A DNA stretch of 64,000 bases from assembly GCA_963749155.1 (NCBI GenBank), contig CAVVLO010000002.1:320001-384000 (forward strand). The letters are read 5' to 3'. Source of the stretch: an uncultured Armatimonadia bacterium. GTDB lineage: Bacteria; Armatimonadota; Zipacnadia; CAVVLO01. A program made the position numbers and the translations under genes. Of this stretch, positions 28,730 to 41,779 are shown piece after piece (within the stretch, counting starts at the first letter, position 1; the number at the start of each line of letters is the position of its first letter). The notes beneath the pieces are model-generated. The model was not told where the DNA came from. It ran no database searches and worked only from the letters and a program-made list of their open reading frames with translations.

Positions 28730-31700
28730 TCAGTCGCTCTCCTGGACTGGTATCAGGGTGAACTGCAGAGCTTCTCCAAATCCACCCAGCCCTTCGACTT
28801 CAAGGCGCAGCCTGACCTGGGTGTTCTGCGCAAGTCCAGAACCCAGTGCGAACTCGCCGAAGTCGTAATCTTCAAACCGGGCGACTTCTCGAACCAGATG
28901 CGCACTGAAAGGCAAGCCAGAACCTTCCGCCGCTTGCAGACTGACGCGTCTTGCCCCAGTCGCAAGCCAGGTCGCCTCGCCCGTGTTGCCGACCGAACAG
29001 CGAAGCCGGACGGGTTGGCCACTCTTCACCTGGACTTCGGCGCCTGAAACGAGCCGCACCCAGGTGCCTTCGGCGTTCTGCACCTCAAGCCAGTTGAACT
29101 CGGCGTTGACATATTTCAGAGGATTATGACCAGTGAAAGGCACATTGCCCACGGCGATAACAGGCATAGTCGCGGTGGTCGTGCCAGTGCCATCGGTCAA
29201 AATCTCAACCCACTTGCCCGCCTCGCGAGCGGCCAGATATTCGGCATCATGCTGCTGCCAGAGGGCCGGATTGCCTGCTGCCGTGGCATCGCGGTCATAA
29301 TTTATGAATACCTCCGGTGCAGGCGCCGGCTGCATCTCATATAACTCCTCTGCGTAATCAAGCACAAGCTGGGCCGAAGGCCTGATCTCCATATCGGGCG
29401 AGATAATCCCAAAGTCGCTATTTTCGCCTATCCGGTGACCACCGACCCACCACCAGCCTGCATCCCCATCGGCGTAAGAATCCAGGCAGACTTTGAACAT
29501 ATTTTCCCAGATAGCCCGCTGGAGTTCGATCTTCTGCAGATAGTCTTCCCGGCCTGAGTTGGGATCAGACCGGATGCCCGAACTCGGCCCAGAAGACCGG
29601 CTTGCCGTTGCCAGCCCAGCGCGCGTAGGCGGATACGAAACCTTTGCGGCGGGCGTTTTCCCATTCTGCGGCCATCCCGTAAGCCTCTGGCGAGGTGAAA
29701 TCGAGATTCTTGGCACCTGCTCGCAGGTCGAAGGGCAGCGCGTGTTCGGGCCAGACTTCCATAGTACCGCCCCAGCCGGACCGAGCTCCCATAAGCTGGA
29801 CGCCACCGAGGCTTTCGAGATATTGCTTCACATTGCGGTAACCGTGACTGATAAAGTCATCGGCAAAGCGCCTGTAGGCCGCAGCCATTACCCGCCAGGG
29901 GCCATCTGTGGTGAACTGCTCGTCCGGCGGATTGGTGAGCCTGCCCTGGTCATCACGCGGCGCCTCGAAGCCCCAATCAGCTTCCGCTGCCTCCACCGAA
30001 CCATACTGCTCAGCTACCCATAAACGCCAGGCCACATCGTGAGCCCTCCTGGCATCCTGAGCGCCGAGGTGAGGTTCCCAGGCTACGTCATAGCACCAGA
30101 TGTTGTCGAAATCAGCCAGGTCTGCGCCTTCAAAGAGTTGCCGCACGGTCTTCCGGTCCAGCCCGCGAGGATCTGCCCCGCCGAGATAGACATTGACCTG
30201 GATGTCCAACTCCTTGCAGCGCCAGAGGAAGTCCCGTGTCGCATCGGCGAATTCTGGACTGGTGTACTGGATGCTGACCGAATTCATCCCAAGCTCTTTG
30301 GCCAACTCGAGGTCGCGCTGGATAAACTCGGGCTGGTAGTTGATTGGCTTGGTCCAGTGGCCCCAATAGTCGCTTGCCTCCTGGCCTGCGACCATCAGAG
30401 GCCAGTAGTTAATCCCATGCGCATACCAGCGCTTGCCGTCTTTACGGAACTCGCTACCTTCCACACTGACCAGCCTGGCTGGATCCAGCTTAAGGTCTTG
30501 GATGACGAGGAACTCGCTCCTCAGTTCGTCCAGCAGGTTATCGCCCTTGTAGAGGCGCGTAGTAAGGATGAAGTGCCCTTCGGGCATGTCACTTAGCGAC
30601 AGGTCGAAGCTAACGCTGGCGCTGCCAAGGGGATCCAACAGCACCTGTCGGATCCTGTGCTTGTGCCAGGCAACTTCCTTGCTGTGACCAAGTTCGAAAT
30701 CAACGCGTAAAGCTACGTCCTCTGCGCTCTCATTAACCAGAGTTGCCCCGCAAGTTACCGTCTCGTCTTCCCCCAGGCGCCAGGTGTATTTACTGGCACC
30801 CGCTCCTGTCAGTTGCACCGGCGCAAGGAGTCCTTTCGCCATAGAGGTGACAAGCTCTCGAGCGCGCCCACTGGAGAGGTCGATAAGTTTGGCGGCAGGC
30901 AATCCCGCGAGGCCCCAGGCCCCGCCCTCAAGCCAGCCACTGTATCTAAAATAGAGCGATGCGAAGTAAGCCCGGAACCGGCCCGTCTCATCTTTGCACT
31001 CGACAAGGGGCACGAACCTGGCCTGGAACTCGCTACCGAACAAGGTAGCCATCGGACGCAGCATGGGCAGGCGGAACTTGCTGCACTTGAGCTGCCAGTC
31101 CGAAGCCAGTAGCGTCTGGTTAACGCACGCTGTCCCAGCGAAGCTCTCCTGGGTCTGCCATTGCTTGTACCAGGGATATAGCAACTCCATCGTCGGAGGT
31201 TGCTGGGTGTGCGCCGTCAAGGTATTCGGAGCCAGCCCCATCCCAGCGATGCGCCAGGTCATTGGCCCTGCCTTGAAGGAACCAAAGCCTGCTGCTGGCC
31301 CAACTGTGAGCGCCATCGCCTTGGTGAAGGTCGGTTTGGTGCTCTCCCTTGCCACAGGTGATCCATCGGGCCAAAATTTGAAATCCTCCGGCCGCAGCAC
31401 ATAGTGTTGCCAACCATCTGCAAGCTCGATAGTTGCTATCCAGCGAGTGTTGTCAGTTTCCTTCCATTCGACGGTCAGGCTGCGGCCCTTTTCACCCTTC
31501 GCCCAAAGACAGGTAAGCCAGTCGTCGCCTGGGACAGGGCTTGTCTCAAATTTGAGTAAAGTAATATTGTCCCAGTTGGTGAGGTTTTCTATCTCCACTT
31601 TGAGCGAGTTCGGCAGGCCTTCTGGCGCATCAACGTCCACTTGCAGCGAATAGTCGCTTTCTGGATTGCCCGAGGCGCGAGTTACAGCAGCTAGTTGAAG

Positions 31701-32762
31701 CTCGTTCATGTCACGCAGAATCCATTGGGCTGGCTGGGTCTGAGCAAGCGCCTCCTGTAAGGCGACCCATCCCTCCGGGGTATCCAGCAGCAGGTTCTCG
31801 AAGGTCGGCCCGCCCAGGGCAAGCAGTCTTCCGCCTTGCGAAAGGAAGGTCTCCAGTTCTGCTATTGCAAGCAAGGGGAAGCTACTCGAGTCGGCCAGTA
31901 CTAATAATTCGCACTTGTCGCGCAGGCCTTCGTCCCCGAGGCTGCGCCCATCTATCAACTCGGTTTGATATCCAGCTGCCCTGAGCCACTCAACCAGGGT
32001 CTCGCAGGTCTTCTGGGAATAGCCTGGCAGTTCGTCTTCCAGCACCAGCACCCGCGGTGTTTCGGGTTGGGCAAGTCCCTGGAGCGCCTCATCGGGCAGT
32101 TCCAGTTCAACTCTGCGCACTGTCATATCCATCGCCCCTGCGAAAAGTCCAAGTTTGCCTTGTCGCAGCACATCGCTGCTTTGACCAACTGGATAACTGA
32201 TACTCACGGTCTCCTGAGGGTTGGCGAGCGAGGTGACGCGGCCGGTGAGTCGCTCGGGAGAAAGCTCAAAATCGAAGCGATACCACTGGCCATAATGCCA
32301 GTCGAGACCGCCTTCGGTCTCGGGTTCCAGCTTCGAGACAGGTCCCTGGGCCTGCCAATTCGCGCGCAGGTTCTCGACCAGCTCAAGCCTGTGGGTAGTG
32401 AGGTCGGGGTCTTCTACGAACTCGAAGCGCCAGTAGTTGGAGCCATCCCGGTAGAGCGTCAGCCCTGCGACACCCCAGCCGGTAGAGCTAAGACGCTCGT
32501 TAACTCGCAGCTCCACGGAAGCGCGCAAGTGCTTCACCCAGGGCATCCCCTTGGGCAGCACAATCGCATTTTCGCCAGCTAGCTTCAGCCCTTCGGAAGT
32601 AAGTTCAGCCTGGCCTCCAAGCAGTCGCCATTGGAGCATCCCAGGCAACTCCATCAAAGTCTTGCCATCAGGTTTGGAGAAATCCTGGGTCACGGTAAGT
32701 GACCACCCAGCCGCCGCCAGCAGGAGAGTGAAAAGCAAGGTAGAGAGCGCGAAGAGTCTCAT
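28730..32762 (-). CDS. Large secreted multidomain clan GH-A-like glycoside hydrolase, frameshifted at about 29565
   Basis: Signal peptide at ATG 32762; 'GINYWP', 'RDLELAKELGMNSV', 'YDVAWEP', 'KPVFWAEFG'; continues in another frame ('GWWWVGG.R..ENSDFGI'). Confidence 0.7.
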
Positions 32763-32839
32763 TTGGCATAACTCCTTGGGGAAGCTTCCCCCTGGGTTAC
32801 TAGTATGGCGCCGGAGTCTGACCCCCTGCCGTGGGAGAG

Positions 32840-34891
<2,052 letters not shown>

Positions 34892-34904
34892 TCAACCCTC
34901 CGGA

Positions 34905-37154
34905 CTAAGCGGGTGAAAGCGGAGCAACACTTGCATCAAGTTTCTTTACGCCCTTGTCGGGGAAAGCCACCGTCACTACGCTGCCGCTGACGCTGACCAC
35001 GGTGCCCTGCCCGAAAGTGGCATGAACTACCAGGCTGCCAGGCTTGAAGCCAGCCGCCTCCGGCGAGGGAGGCTTACTGGAGGGCCTGGTCTGTTCGCCA
35101 TCTTGTTTACGACTACTCAGCACCGAGTTTAGGTCCAGCTTGCGTCCACTTGTTGGCGCCTCTTGCGTCCCGAACAGGCTGGCAGGCCTGCCACTACTTG
35201 AACGACCGCCTGAGAAAGCAGGAGAGGCGCGATCGAGCAGCTCTTCAGGCACCTCGGCCAGGAATCGCGAGGGCACCGATGGCTGAGCTCTGCCATATAT
35301 CATTCGGCGCGCGGCTGAACTGATATACAATTTGTCCATCGCCCGCGTCATCCCTACATAACAAAGGCGGCGTTCTTCTTCAAGACTTTGCGGATCATCC
35401 AGCGACCGTACATGCGGGCACAGCCCCTCTTCCATCCCAACCAGGAAGACGGTCGGAAACTCCAGCCCTTTCGCCGAATGCAGAGTCATAAGCCACAGCC
35501 GATCGGAGCCCGTATCTGCCCGGTCGAGATCTGTCATAAGCGCCAGATGCTCGAGGAAACCTGAAAGCCCCCCTTCAGGATTGCCTTCTTCAAACTGGGT
35601 AGCAACGTTTTCCAGCTCCTGCAGGTTCTCGATACGCTCCTCGGCATCGCTCGTGTGCTGCTCGCGCAGCCAGGTGAGGTAACCGCTGAGCTGCAAGGAT
35701 TGGCGCAGGAGCTTCGGCAACGATTTCTCCTCAGCGATATGCGCCTTCAATCCACCAATCAGCTTGACGAATTCCTCCAGGGCTTTCTGCTGTCTGGCTG
35801 CCAACTCGCCGGATTCGAGCAAAACTTGCAGGGCCGCCAGCATTGAGACACCAAGCTCTGTGGCCTTGGTCTCGATGAGGTCCAGCGTTGTCCTGCCGAT
35901 CCCACGTGGCGGTTCGTTGATGATGCGCTGGAGGCTGACATCGTCTCGCTCGTTGTGGGCCAGCCGCAGGTAGGCGACCGCGTCCTTTACCTCTTTACGG
36001 TCGTAGAAACGAAAACCGCCGACCAGCCGGTAGGGTATCTGCAGCCTGAGCAGCTGTTCTTCAAATTCGCGCGACTGGGCATTGGTGCGGAACAAGATGG
36101 CGAAGTCGGCGTATTTGGCCTCGTCCGTCCTCACCGCAGTCTGGATGGTGCTGAGCACGAAGCGGGCCTCATCCATCCCGTCCACCGCGTCATAGACCGT
36201 CACCGCTTCGTCCGATTGCCTGTCGGTCCAAAGCCTTTTGTCGGCGCGGTTGCGGTTCTTGCGTATGACATGCCAGGCGGCATCGAGGATAGGCTTCGTC
36301 GACCGGTAGTTACGCTCAAGCTTTATGGTGCGCGCCTCGGGGAAGTCCTTCTCGAACTCCAGCATCAGGCGCACATCGGCCCCGCGCCAGCGATAGATGC
36401 TTTGATCATCGTCGCCTACGACCGCCAGGTTGCGCCAGTGACTCGCGAGCGCCTTCACCAGTTCATACTGCGCCTGGTTGATATCCTGGAACTCGTCCAC
36501 CAGCACATAGCGGAACTTGGTCGAATACTTCTCGCGCACTTCTTTCGACTTGCGCAGCAACTCGACGGCCTTCCGTATCAGGTCGTCGAAATCTAGCGCC
36601 CCGCCCCGGCTGAGCAGTTCGTCATATTTGCGGTAGACCCGCGCCACCATCACGTCCATATACTCGCTGGCATATTCGGCAAACTCTGCAGGCCCCATCA
36701 GTTCGTTCTTGGCATCGCTTATGCGGTAGGAGACGGCGCGAGGCTCGAAGCGCTTGGCATCGAGATTGAGTTCCTGCAAGGCGCGCTTGATGGCCGAGAG
36801 TTTCTCGCTTTCATCATAGATGACGAATTCGGGTGGAATACCGATGGCCTCTCCTTCCATCCTGAGCAAGCGCGCGCAGGTAGCGTGGAAGGTGCCCGCC
36901 CACACATATTTGGCGGCTTCGGGCGAAAGCAACTGAGCCAGTCTGTGCTTGAGTTCGGCCGCGGCCTTGTTGGTGAAGGTGACCGCCAGGATTTCCGAAG
37001 GCCGGGCTTTTTCACAGGCGATAAGATGGGCGACCCTGTGGGTAAGGACGCGCGTCTTGCCCGAGCCTGCGCCTGCAAAAATGAGCAGCGGGCCATCGCC
37101 ATGGCTGCAGGCGTCGCGTTGCTCGTCATTAAGCCGGGAGAGGAGATCTGACAT
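34905..37154 (-). CDS. pcrA: ATP-dependent DNA helicase PcrA/UvrD
   Basis: 'AGAGSGKT', 'DEFQD', 'GDDDQSIY', 'LHSAKGLEF', 'EEERRL', C-terminal Tudor-like domain. Confidence 0.97.
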   Translation of the reverse strand: MSDLLSRLNDEQRDACSHGDGPLLIFAGAGSGKTRVLTHRVAHLIACEKARPSEILAVTFTNKAAAELKHRLAQLLSPEAAKYVWAGTFHATCARLLRMEGEAIGIPPEFVIYDESEKLSAIKRALQELNLDAKRFEPRAVSYRISDAKNELMGPAEFAEYASEYMDVMVARVYRKYDELLSRGGALDFDDLIRKAVELLRKSKEVREKYSTKFRYVLVDEFQDINQAQYELVKALASHWRNLAVVGDDDQSIYRWRGADVRLMLEFEKDFPEARTIKLERNYRSTKPILDAAWHVIRKNRNRADKRLWTDRQSDEAVTVYDAVDGMDEARFVLSTIQTAVRTDEAKYADFAILFRTNAQSREFEEQLLRLQIPYRLVGGFRFYDRKEVKDAVAYLRLAHNERDDVSLQRIINEPPRGIGRTTLDLIETKATELGVSMLAALQVLLESGELAARQQKALEEFVKLIGGLKAHIAEEKSLPKLLRQSLQLSGYLTWLREQHTSDAEERIENLQELENVATQFEEGNPEGGLSGFLEHLALMTDLDRADTGSDRLWLMTLHSAKGLEFPTVFLVGMEEGLCPHVRSLDDPQSLEEERRLCYVGMTRAMDKLYISSAARRMIYGRAQPSVPSRFLAEVPEELLDRASPAFSGGRSSSGRPASLFGTQEAPTSGRKLDLNSVLSSRKQDGEQTRPSSKPPSPEAAGFKPGSLVVHATFGQGTVVSVSGSVVTVAFPDKGVKKLDASVAPLSPA

Positions 37155-37197
37155 TGTGGCTCCGAGTATAGCACTTGCGGCCGGTGAGTGGCAGACG

Positions 37198-37229
37198 AAA
37201 ACGCGGCGCCCCACTCAGGCGACGCCGCG
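37198..37229 (-). terminator. Intrinsic terminator after pyrG
   Basis: CGCGGCGTC...GGCGCCGCG stem followed by TTTT on the minus strand. Confidence 0.6.
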
Positions 37230-37248
37230 CTCTGATGACCAAACAGGC

Positions 37249-38856
37249 TTACTTGCGGTCGAGGGCGGCCTTAACCAGCCCAACAAACAACGGGTGCGGC
37301 CGGTTGGGTCTGGACTTGAACTCAGGATGCCCTTGCGTTGCTATGAAATAGGGGTGGCCGGGCAACTCGATGAGTTCGACAAGTGCCCCGTCAGGAGTCG
37401 TGCCTGACAAGCTCAGTCCCTTACCTGTCAGCAGTTCTCGGTAGGTGTTGTTGAGTTCGTACCTGTGCCGGTGGCGTTCGGCGATGTCCACGTCACCGTA
37501 TAGGCGATGGGCCAGAGAGCCTTCTACCACTTTGCATCTCCACGAACCAAGACGCATCGTCCCCCCCAGGTCCGTGATGTCTATCTGAGACTCCAGCAAG
37601 TCAATCACAGGGTTGGTGGTATCAGGATTGAACTCGGTGCTATGAGCATCGGCAAGGCCACAAGCCTCGCGCGCAAATTCAATCACCGCGCACTGCATCC
37701 CCAGGCACAGCCCAAGGAAAGGCAACCCGGTCTTGCGCGCATAACCGATGGCCGATATCTTGCCCTCTATGCCTCGGTTGCCAAAACCGCCCGGCACCAG
37801 CAGCGCATCTACATCGCTCAGGACGTCTTCGCAGGAGAGCGCTTCCGGGCCCTCCAGCTTTTCGGCATCAATCCACTTGAGGTTCACCCGGGCCTCGTTG
37901 GCCGCTGCCGCGTGCTTGAAAGCCTCGATGATGCTCATATACGAGTCGCGCAGGTGGATATATTTGCCTACGATTGCGACAGAGAGCTCATGTTTTGGTT
38001 CCTTCGCCCGGCGCACGTAGTCCTTCCAGATGGTCAGGTCAGGCTCGCGCGCGTCCATATGGAGCCTGCGGCAGACCAGCTCGGCCATCCCCTGCTGCTC
38101 GAAGATAAGGGGTATCTCATACAGCTCTTCGGTGTCCAGGGCCTCGATAATGGCCTCGTCTTCCAGGTCGCAGAAGAGCGCAATCTTGCGGCGCATCTCC
38201 TTGTCCAGCGGCAACTTGGTGCGACAAATCAGCAGGTCGGGCTGGATACCTATCCCGCGCAGCTCGCGCACGCTGTGCTGGGTCGGCTTGGTCTTCATCT
38301 CGTTGCGCGGCCCGACGAAGGGGATTAGCGTCACGTGGATGAAAAGGACATTCTCATGCCCAACATCCCGGCGGAACTGGCGTATAGCTTCAAGATAAGG
38401 CTGGCTCTCGATGTCGCCGACCGTGCCGCCTATCTCGGTTATCTGGACCTCGGCATCGTTTTTGTCAGCCGATTCGACGATGCGGTTCTTTATCTCGTCG
38501 GTAATATGCGGGATGACCTGAACCGTCTGGCCCAGATAGTCTCCCTTGCGTTCGCGCGCGATGACCGAACCGTAGACTTTGCCGGTCGTCACGTTGGCGT
38601 CTTTGTCGAGGTTCAGGTCCACAAAACGCTCATAGTTGCCCAGGTCGAGATCGGTCTCCGCGCCATCATCGGTGACGAAGACCTCCCCATGCTGGAAGGG
38701 ATTCATCGTCCCCGCATCCCAGTTGAGGTAGGGGTCAATCTTCTGCAGGCTCACCTTGAAACCACGATTCTTGAGCAACCGCCCAAGGCTTGAACTGGTG
38801 ATTCCCTTACCGATTGAAGAGACCACACCGCCGGTTACGAAGACGTATTTACGCAT
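37249..38856 (-). CDS. pyrG: CTP synthase
   Basis: '[11 protein letters not shown]', 'KTKPTQ', 'GLCLGMQ', 'RHRHRYE', 'HPEF'. Confidence 0.98.
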   Translation of the reverse strand: MRKYVFVTGGVVSSIGKGITSSSLGRLLKNRGFKVSLQKIDPYLNWDAGTMNPFQHGEVFVTDDGAETDLDLGNYERFVDLNLDKDANVTTGKVYGSVIARERKGDYLGQTVQVIPHITDEIKNRIVESADKNDAEVQITEIGGTVGDIESQPYLEAIRQFRRDVGHENVLFIHVTLIPFVGPRNEMKTKPTQHSVRELRGIGIQPDLLICRTKLPLDKEMRRKIALFCDLEDEAIIEALDTEELYEIPLIFEQQGMAELVCRRLHMDAREPDLTIWKDYVRRAKEPKHELSVAIVGKYIHLRDSYMSIIEAFKHAAAANEARVNLKWIDAEKLEGPEALSCEDVLSDVDALLVPGGFGNRGIEGKISAIGYARKTGLPFLGLCLGMQCAVIEFAREACGLADAHSTEFNPDTTNPVIDLLESQIDITDLGGTMRLGSWRCKVVEGSLAHRLYGDVDIAERHRHRYELNNTYRELLTGKGLSLSGTTPDGALVELIELPGHPYFIATQGHPEFKSRPNRPHPLFVGLVKAALDRK

Positions 38857-38882
38857 ACGAAACTACTCCTTTTACTCTGAGT

Positions 38883-39676
38883 TCAAGCTGGTGGCCAGCG
38901 CCATATCCGGGCATCGCCTTTGCCAAGTGGCTCGGCGGCAATCATCAGTTCGAGTACAAGCGCCCGCGCCTGCCGCACTGCGTGCAGCAAGTCGACGCCC
39001 CGAGCGAGCAGGCCGGCAATTGCACTTGCAAGCGCGCATCCCGTGCCATGGACTTCGTAATCTACTTTGGGGCCGGACAGCTCCCATTTGCCTTCGGAGT
39101 TAACCAGCACATCTTCCAAGCCGCGCTCTCCCTGGTAGCTCTTAAGGAGCAAAGCTTCGACCCCGAGTGGTCTGAGCAATTCGAAATATTCTGCCGGGCT
39201 GGTTTGTTCCACCCCAGTGAGTAAAGTGGCTTCCCTTGGATTGGGGGTCACAAGTGTTGCGCGCGCAAGCAGGGGCGCAAGCACTGTGGCTAGAGAACCG
39301 CCCTCGGCCAGGCTGCCTCCCACCGTTGCCCCGCCACCGGATCGAGCACCAGGGGCGCCTTGCAGCGCGCAGCTTCAAGCGCCTCGGCGATAGCTTGGGC
39401 AATTGCGCCAGTGCCCACCGCGCCTACCTTTATGGCCGATATCACCAGGTCCTGGCAGACCGCCTCCACCTGGGCGTAGACCAGCTCGGGCTCCAGCGGG
39501 ACAAGCGTGAAAAACTGTTCGGTGGTCTGGACTGTAACCGCAGTCACTACACTTGCGGGATGGACGCCCAGACGATCCAGGATTCGTACATCGGCGGTGA
39601 GGCCAGCGCCGCCTCCAGGATCAGTGGCGGCGATTGCGAGCACAACAGGTGAGCTAGCGCTTTCGCCTTGTTTCAT
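38883..39676 (-). CDS. thiD: Hydroxymethylpyrimidine/HMP-P kinase, frameshifted in a G-run at about 39330
   Basis: 'DPGGGAGLTAD', 'VLDPV' then 'TPNPREA', 'HGTGC'; one added G restores the frame. Confidence 0.85.
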
Positions 39677-39679
39677 CGG

Positions 39680-40489
39680 TTAACCTGGCGCCTGGCCGGA
39701 TAACAGTAGCTCCGGCAGATTGGCAATAGAATCCAAAATCCAGGTGGGGCTACTCTTGCCTCTCGCTGCGCGCGCCGCAGCTTCGCTTGTGCTTCCTGTA
39801 AGCACCAGGACAGAGGCCAGGCCTGCGTTCCCCGCTGCAAGAATATCTGTATCCAGCCGATCGCCAATCATTACAGCAGAAGCTTTTTCGACCCCGGCCT
39901 CGCGCACAATCTGAAGCAGCGAAGAGGCCTGGGGTTTACCATAAACTTTCGCGCGCGCCCCGCAGCAGTGTTCGAGGGCTGCGGCGACTGTCCCCCCGGC
40001 TGGTCTAGGCCCCTCATCTGAGGGAAAACTCCGGTCCTTGTTGCTCGCAACCAGCTTCGCGCCGTCCAGATAACACTGGTAGGCCTTCGCCAGCTTTACA
40101 TAGCTGAAGCGCGGATCGAAACCGGTCACCACATAGTCAGCTGGTGGTCCTGACACGAGTTCGAGCCCCACCAGTTCGAGTTCCTGTCTTAGTCCAGGCC
40201 CGCCGATTACAAAGGCGCGCTTGCCTGCGACACCCTTGCGCGCCAGTTGCCTGGCTGTCAGATAACCTGATGTATAGATTTCACTTTCCCTTGCGGGAAT
40301 CCCAAGCCGCCTGAGCTTGCGCGTGTAAGCGCGCCGGGTGCGATAAGAATTGTTGGTCATATATCTGATACCAAGGCCCGCTTCAATCAAGGCCCGCACA
40401 GCTTCTCCGGCTCCAGAGATGACCTTGTCTCCCAGATAGACCACACCATCCAGGTCAAGGATCACCAGCTTGAAGGCTTGCTTTACCAG
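39680..40489 (-). CDS. HAD-IIA (NagD-like) phosphatase
   Basis: 'DLDGV', 'TNNS', 'GKP', 'GDRLDTDI..G', 'VLTG'; start uncertain. Confidence 0.9.
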   Translation of the reverse strand: MVKQAFKLVILDLDGVVYLGDKVISGAGEAVRALIEAGLGIRYMTNNSYRTRRAYTRKLRRLGIPARESEIYTSGYLTARQLARKGVAGKRAFVIGGPGLRQELELVGLELVSGPPADYVVTGFDPRFSYVKLAKAYQCYLDGAKLVASNKDRSFPSDEGPRPAGGTVAAALEHCCGARAKVYGKPQASSLLQIVREAGVEKASAVMIGDRLDTDILAAGNAGLASVLVLTGSTSEAAARAARGKSSPTWILDSIANLPELLLSGQAPG

Positions 40490-40490
40490 G

Positions 40491-41084
40491 CTAGTCGCTC
40501 TCCTGCGAGGCCAGCGCTTCGCGCGCCTCTTCAGCTTCATCAGACTCGGGCGCCAGTTCAATCACGGCTTTGAAATGCTTCTCGGCTTCATCGAACCGCT
40601 CGAGCTCGGAGAAGAAATACCCCAGGTTGAGCCGAGGCACCGGGTCGGTTGGAGTCCGGCGAGCCGCTTCCTTATACTGCTCCAGAGCCTGTTCCATCTC
40701 GCCAAGCGCCTGCAATGCAAGCCCCAGATTGCAACGATAGAGCGCGCTGTTGGGATCGAGCTTGACCGCTTCTTCAAACTTCACGGCCGCCTGGTCATAT
40801 TGTTCGCTGTCGTAAAGGTCACTGCCTTCGTCGTTGAGCTGGTCAGCCTGGCTACCTGTCTTGCGTCCGGCTTCCTGCCTGGCTGCTTCCAGAGTCGCTC
40901 CAATCGGCGCGTCCTGGCCAGCCAGTTTGCGTCCACAGAAGGCGCAGAAGCTCCAGCTCTCATCAAGAGGCGCTCCACAACGCGCGCATACCGATCTAAG
41001 CCGTTGGCCACAGGCGGGACAGAAGACCCAGTTGCCTGCCACTTGCACCCCACATCCACTGCATGTCCGTGCCTCTGCGCTCAT
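40491..41084 (-). CDS. Double zinc-ribbon + TPR protein
   Basis: Four CxxC pairs followed by about three TPR repeats. Confidence 0.85.
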   Translation of the reverse strand: MSAEARTCSGCGVQVAGNWVFCPACGQRLRSVCARCGAPLDESWSFCAFCGRKLAGQDAPIGATLEAARQEAGRKTGSQADQLNDEGSDLYDSEQYDQAAVKFEEAVKLDPNSALYRCNLGLALQALGEMEQALEQYKEAARRTPTDPVPRLNLGYFFSELERFDEAEKHFKAVIELAPESDEAEEAREALASQESD

Positions 41085-41114
41085 ATTTATCCTCCAGTCT
41101 GCCTGGCCTGAAAG

Positions 41115-41603
41115 CTAGCCGAACAATTCTTTTGCCTTCTCGGCGAAGGTGCGCCCGAGTTTCTCGCAGCGCTCAGCGTCAAAGCCCTGAGGCGCCTGGC
41201 GCGATACTGCGCCAAAGTGGGTGGGAGGCGTCCCGTTAACTACGCCCCCTGTGTAGATGACCATACCTTTAATCAGCATCGCAGCTATAAGGGCGAACTC
41301 CACCAGCTCGTATCCACCCCCGCCAGGCCACGCCGCCGAGGCAAAAGCTGTGCCCAGCTTGCCGTTGAAATCAGCCCGGAAGGTATCTGTGAACTGCTTC
41401 ATCTGCCAGCTCATCGTTCCATAATAGGTCGGGCTGCCCATGGCGATGGCGTCAGCTGCCGCAATCTGGTCTGCTGTTACTTCACTAATCGAGGCCATCT
41501 CGGCCTCTACGCCTTCGACCCCGGCAGCGCCGCTCGTTATTAGTTCTGCCATCTTGCGCGTGTTGCCGGTATCCGAATGGTAAATAACCAAAACTTTGGC
41601 CAT
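41115..41603 (-). CDS. Flavodoxin/WrbA-like FMN-binding protein
   Basis: 'YHSDTGNTRKMA', 'GSPTYYG'. Confidence 0.9.
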   Translation of the reverse strand: MAKVLVIYHSDTGNTRKMAELITSGAAGVEGVEAEMASISEVTADQIAAADAIAMGSPTYYGTMSWQMKQFTDTFRADFNGKLGTAFASAAWPGGGGYELVEFALIAAMLIKGMVIYTGGVVNGTPPTHFGAVSRQAPQGFDAERCEKLGRTFAEKAKELFG

Positions 41604-41683
41604 ATTACGCACCTCGCGTAGTTAAGGGATTGGTTCTTGGTGGAGACCGACCTTGCCTGCAGTCGGTCCGTATACGGGTTCTC

Positions 41684-41713
41684 ACTATACAGCCGCAGCA
41701 AGCACCGGGTCAA
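41684..41713 (-). promoter_or_regulatory. Candidate sigma70-type promoter for the flavodoxin gene
   Basis: TTGACC-N18-TATAGT. Confidence 0.5.
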
Positions 41714-41779
41714 CCCAAAAGAGGAGCAACCAGTCGTTGGGCTAATCCTTTTCAAAGCACTTATGGCTGGAGGCTAACA

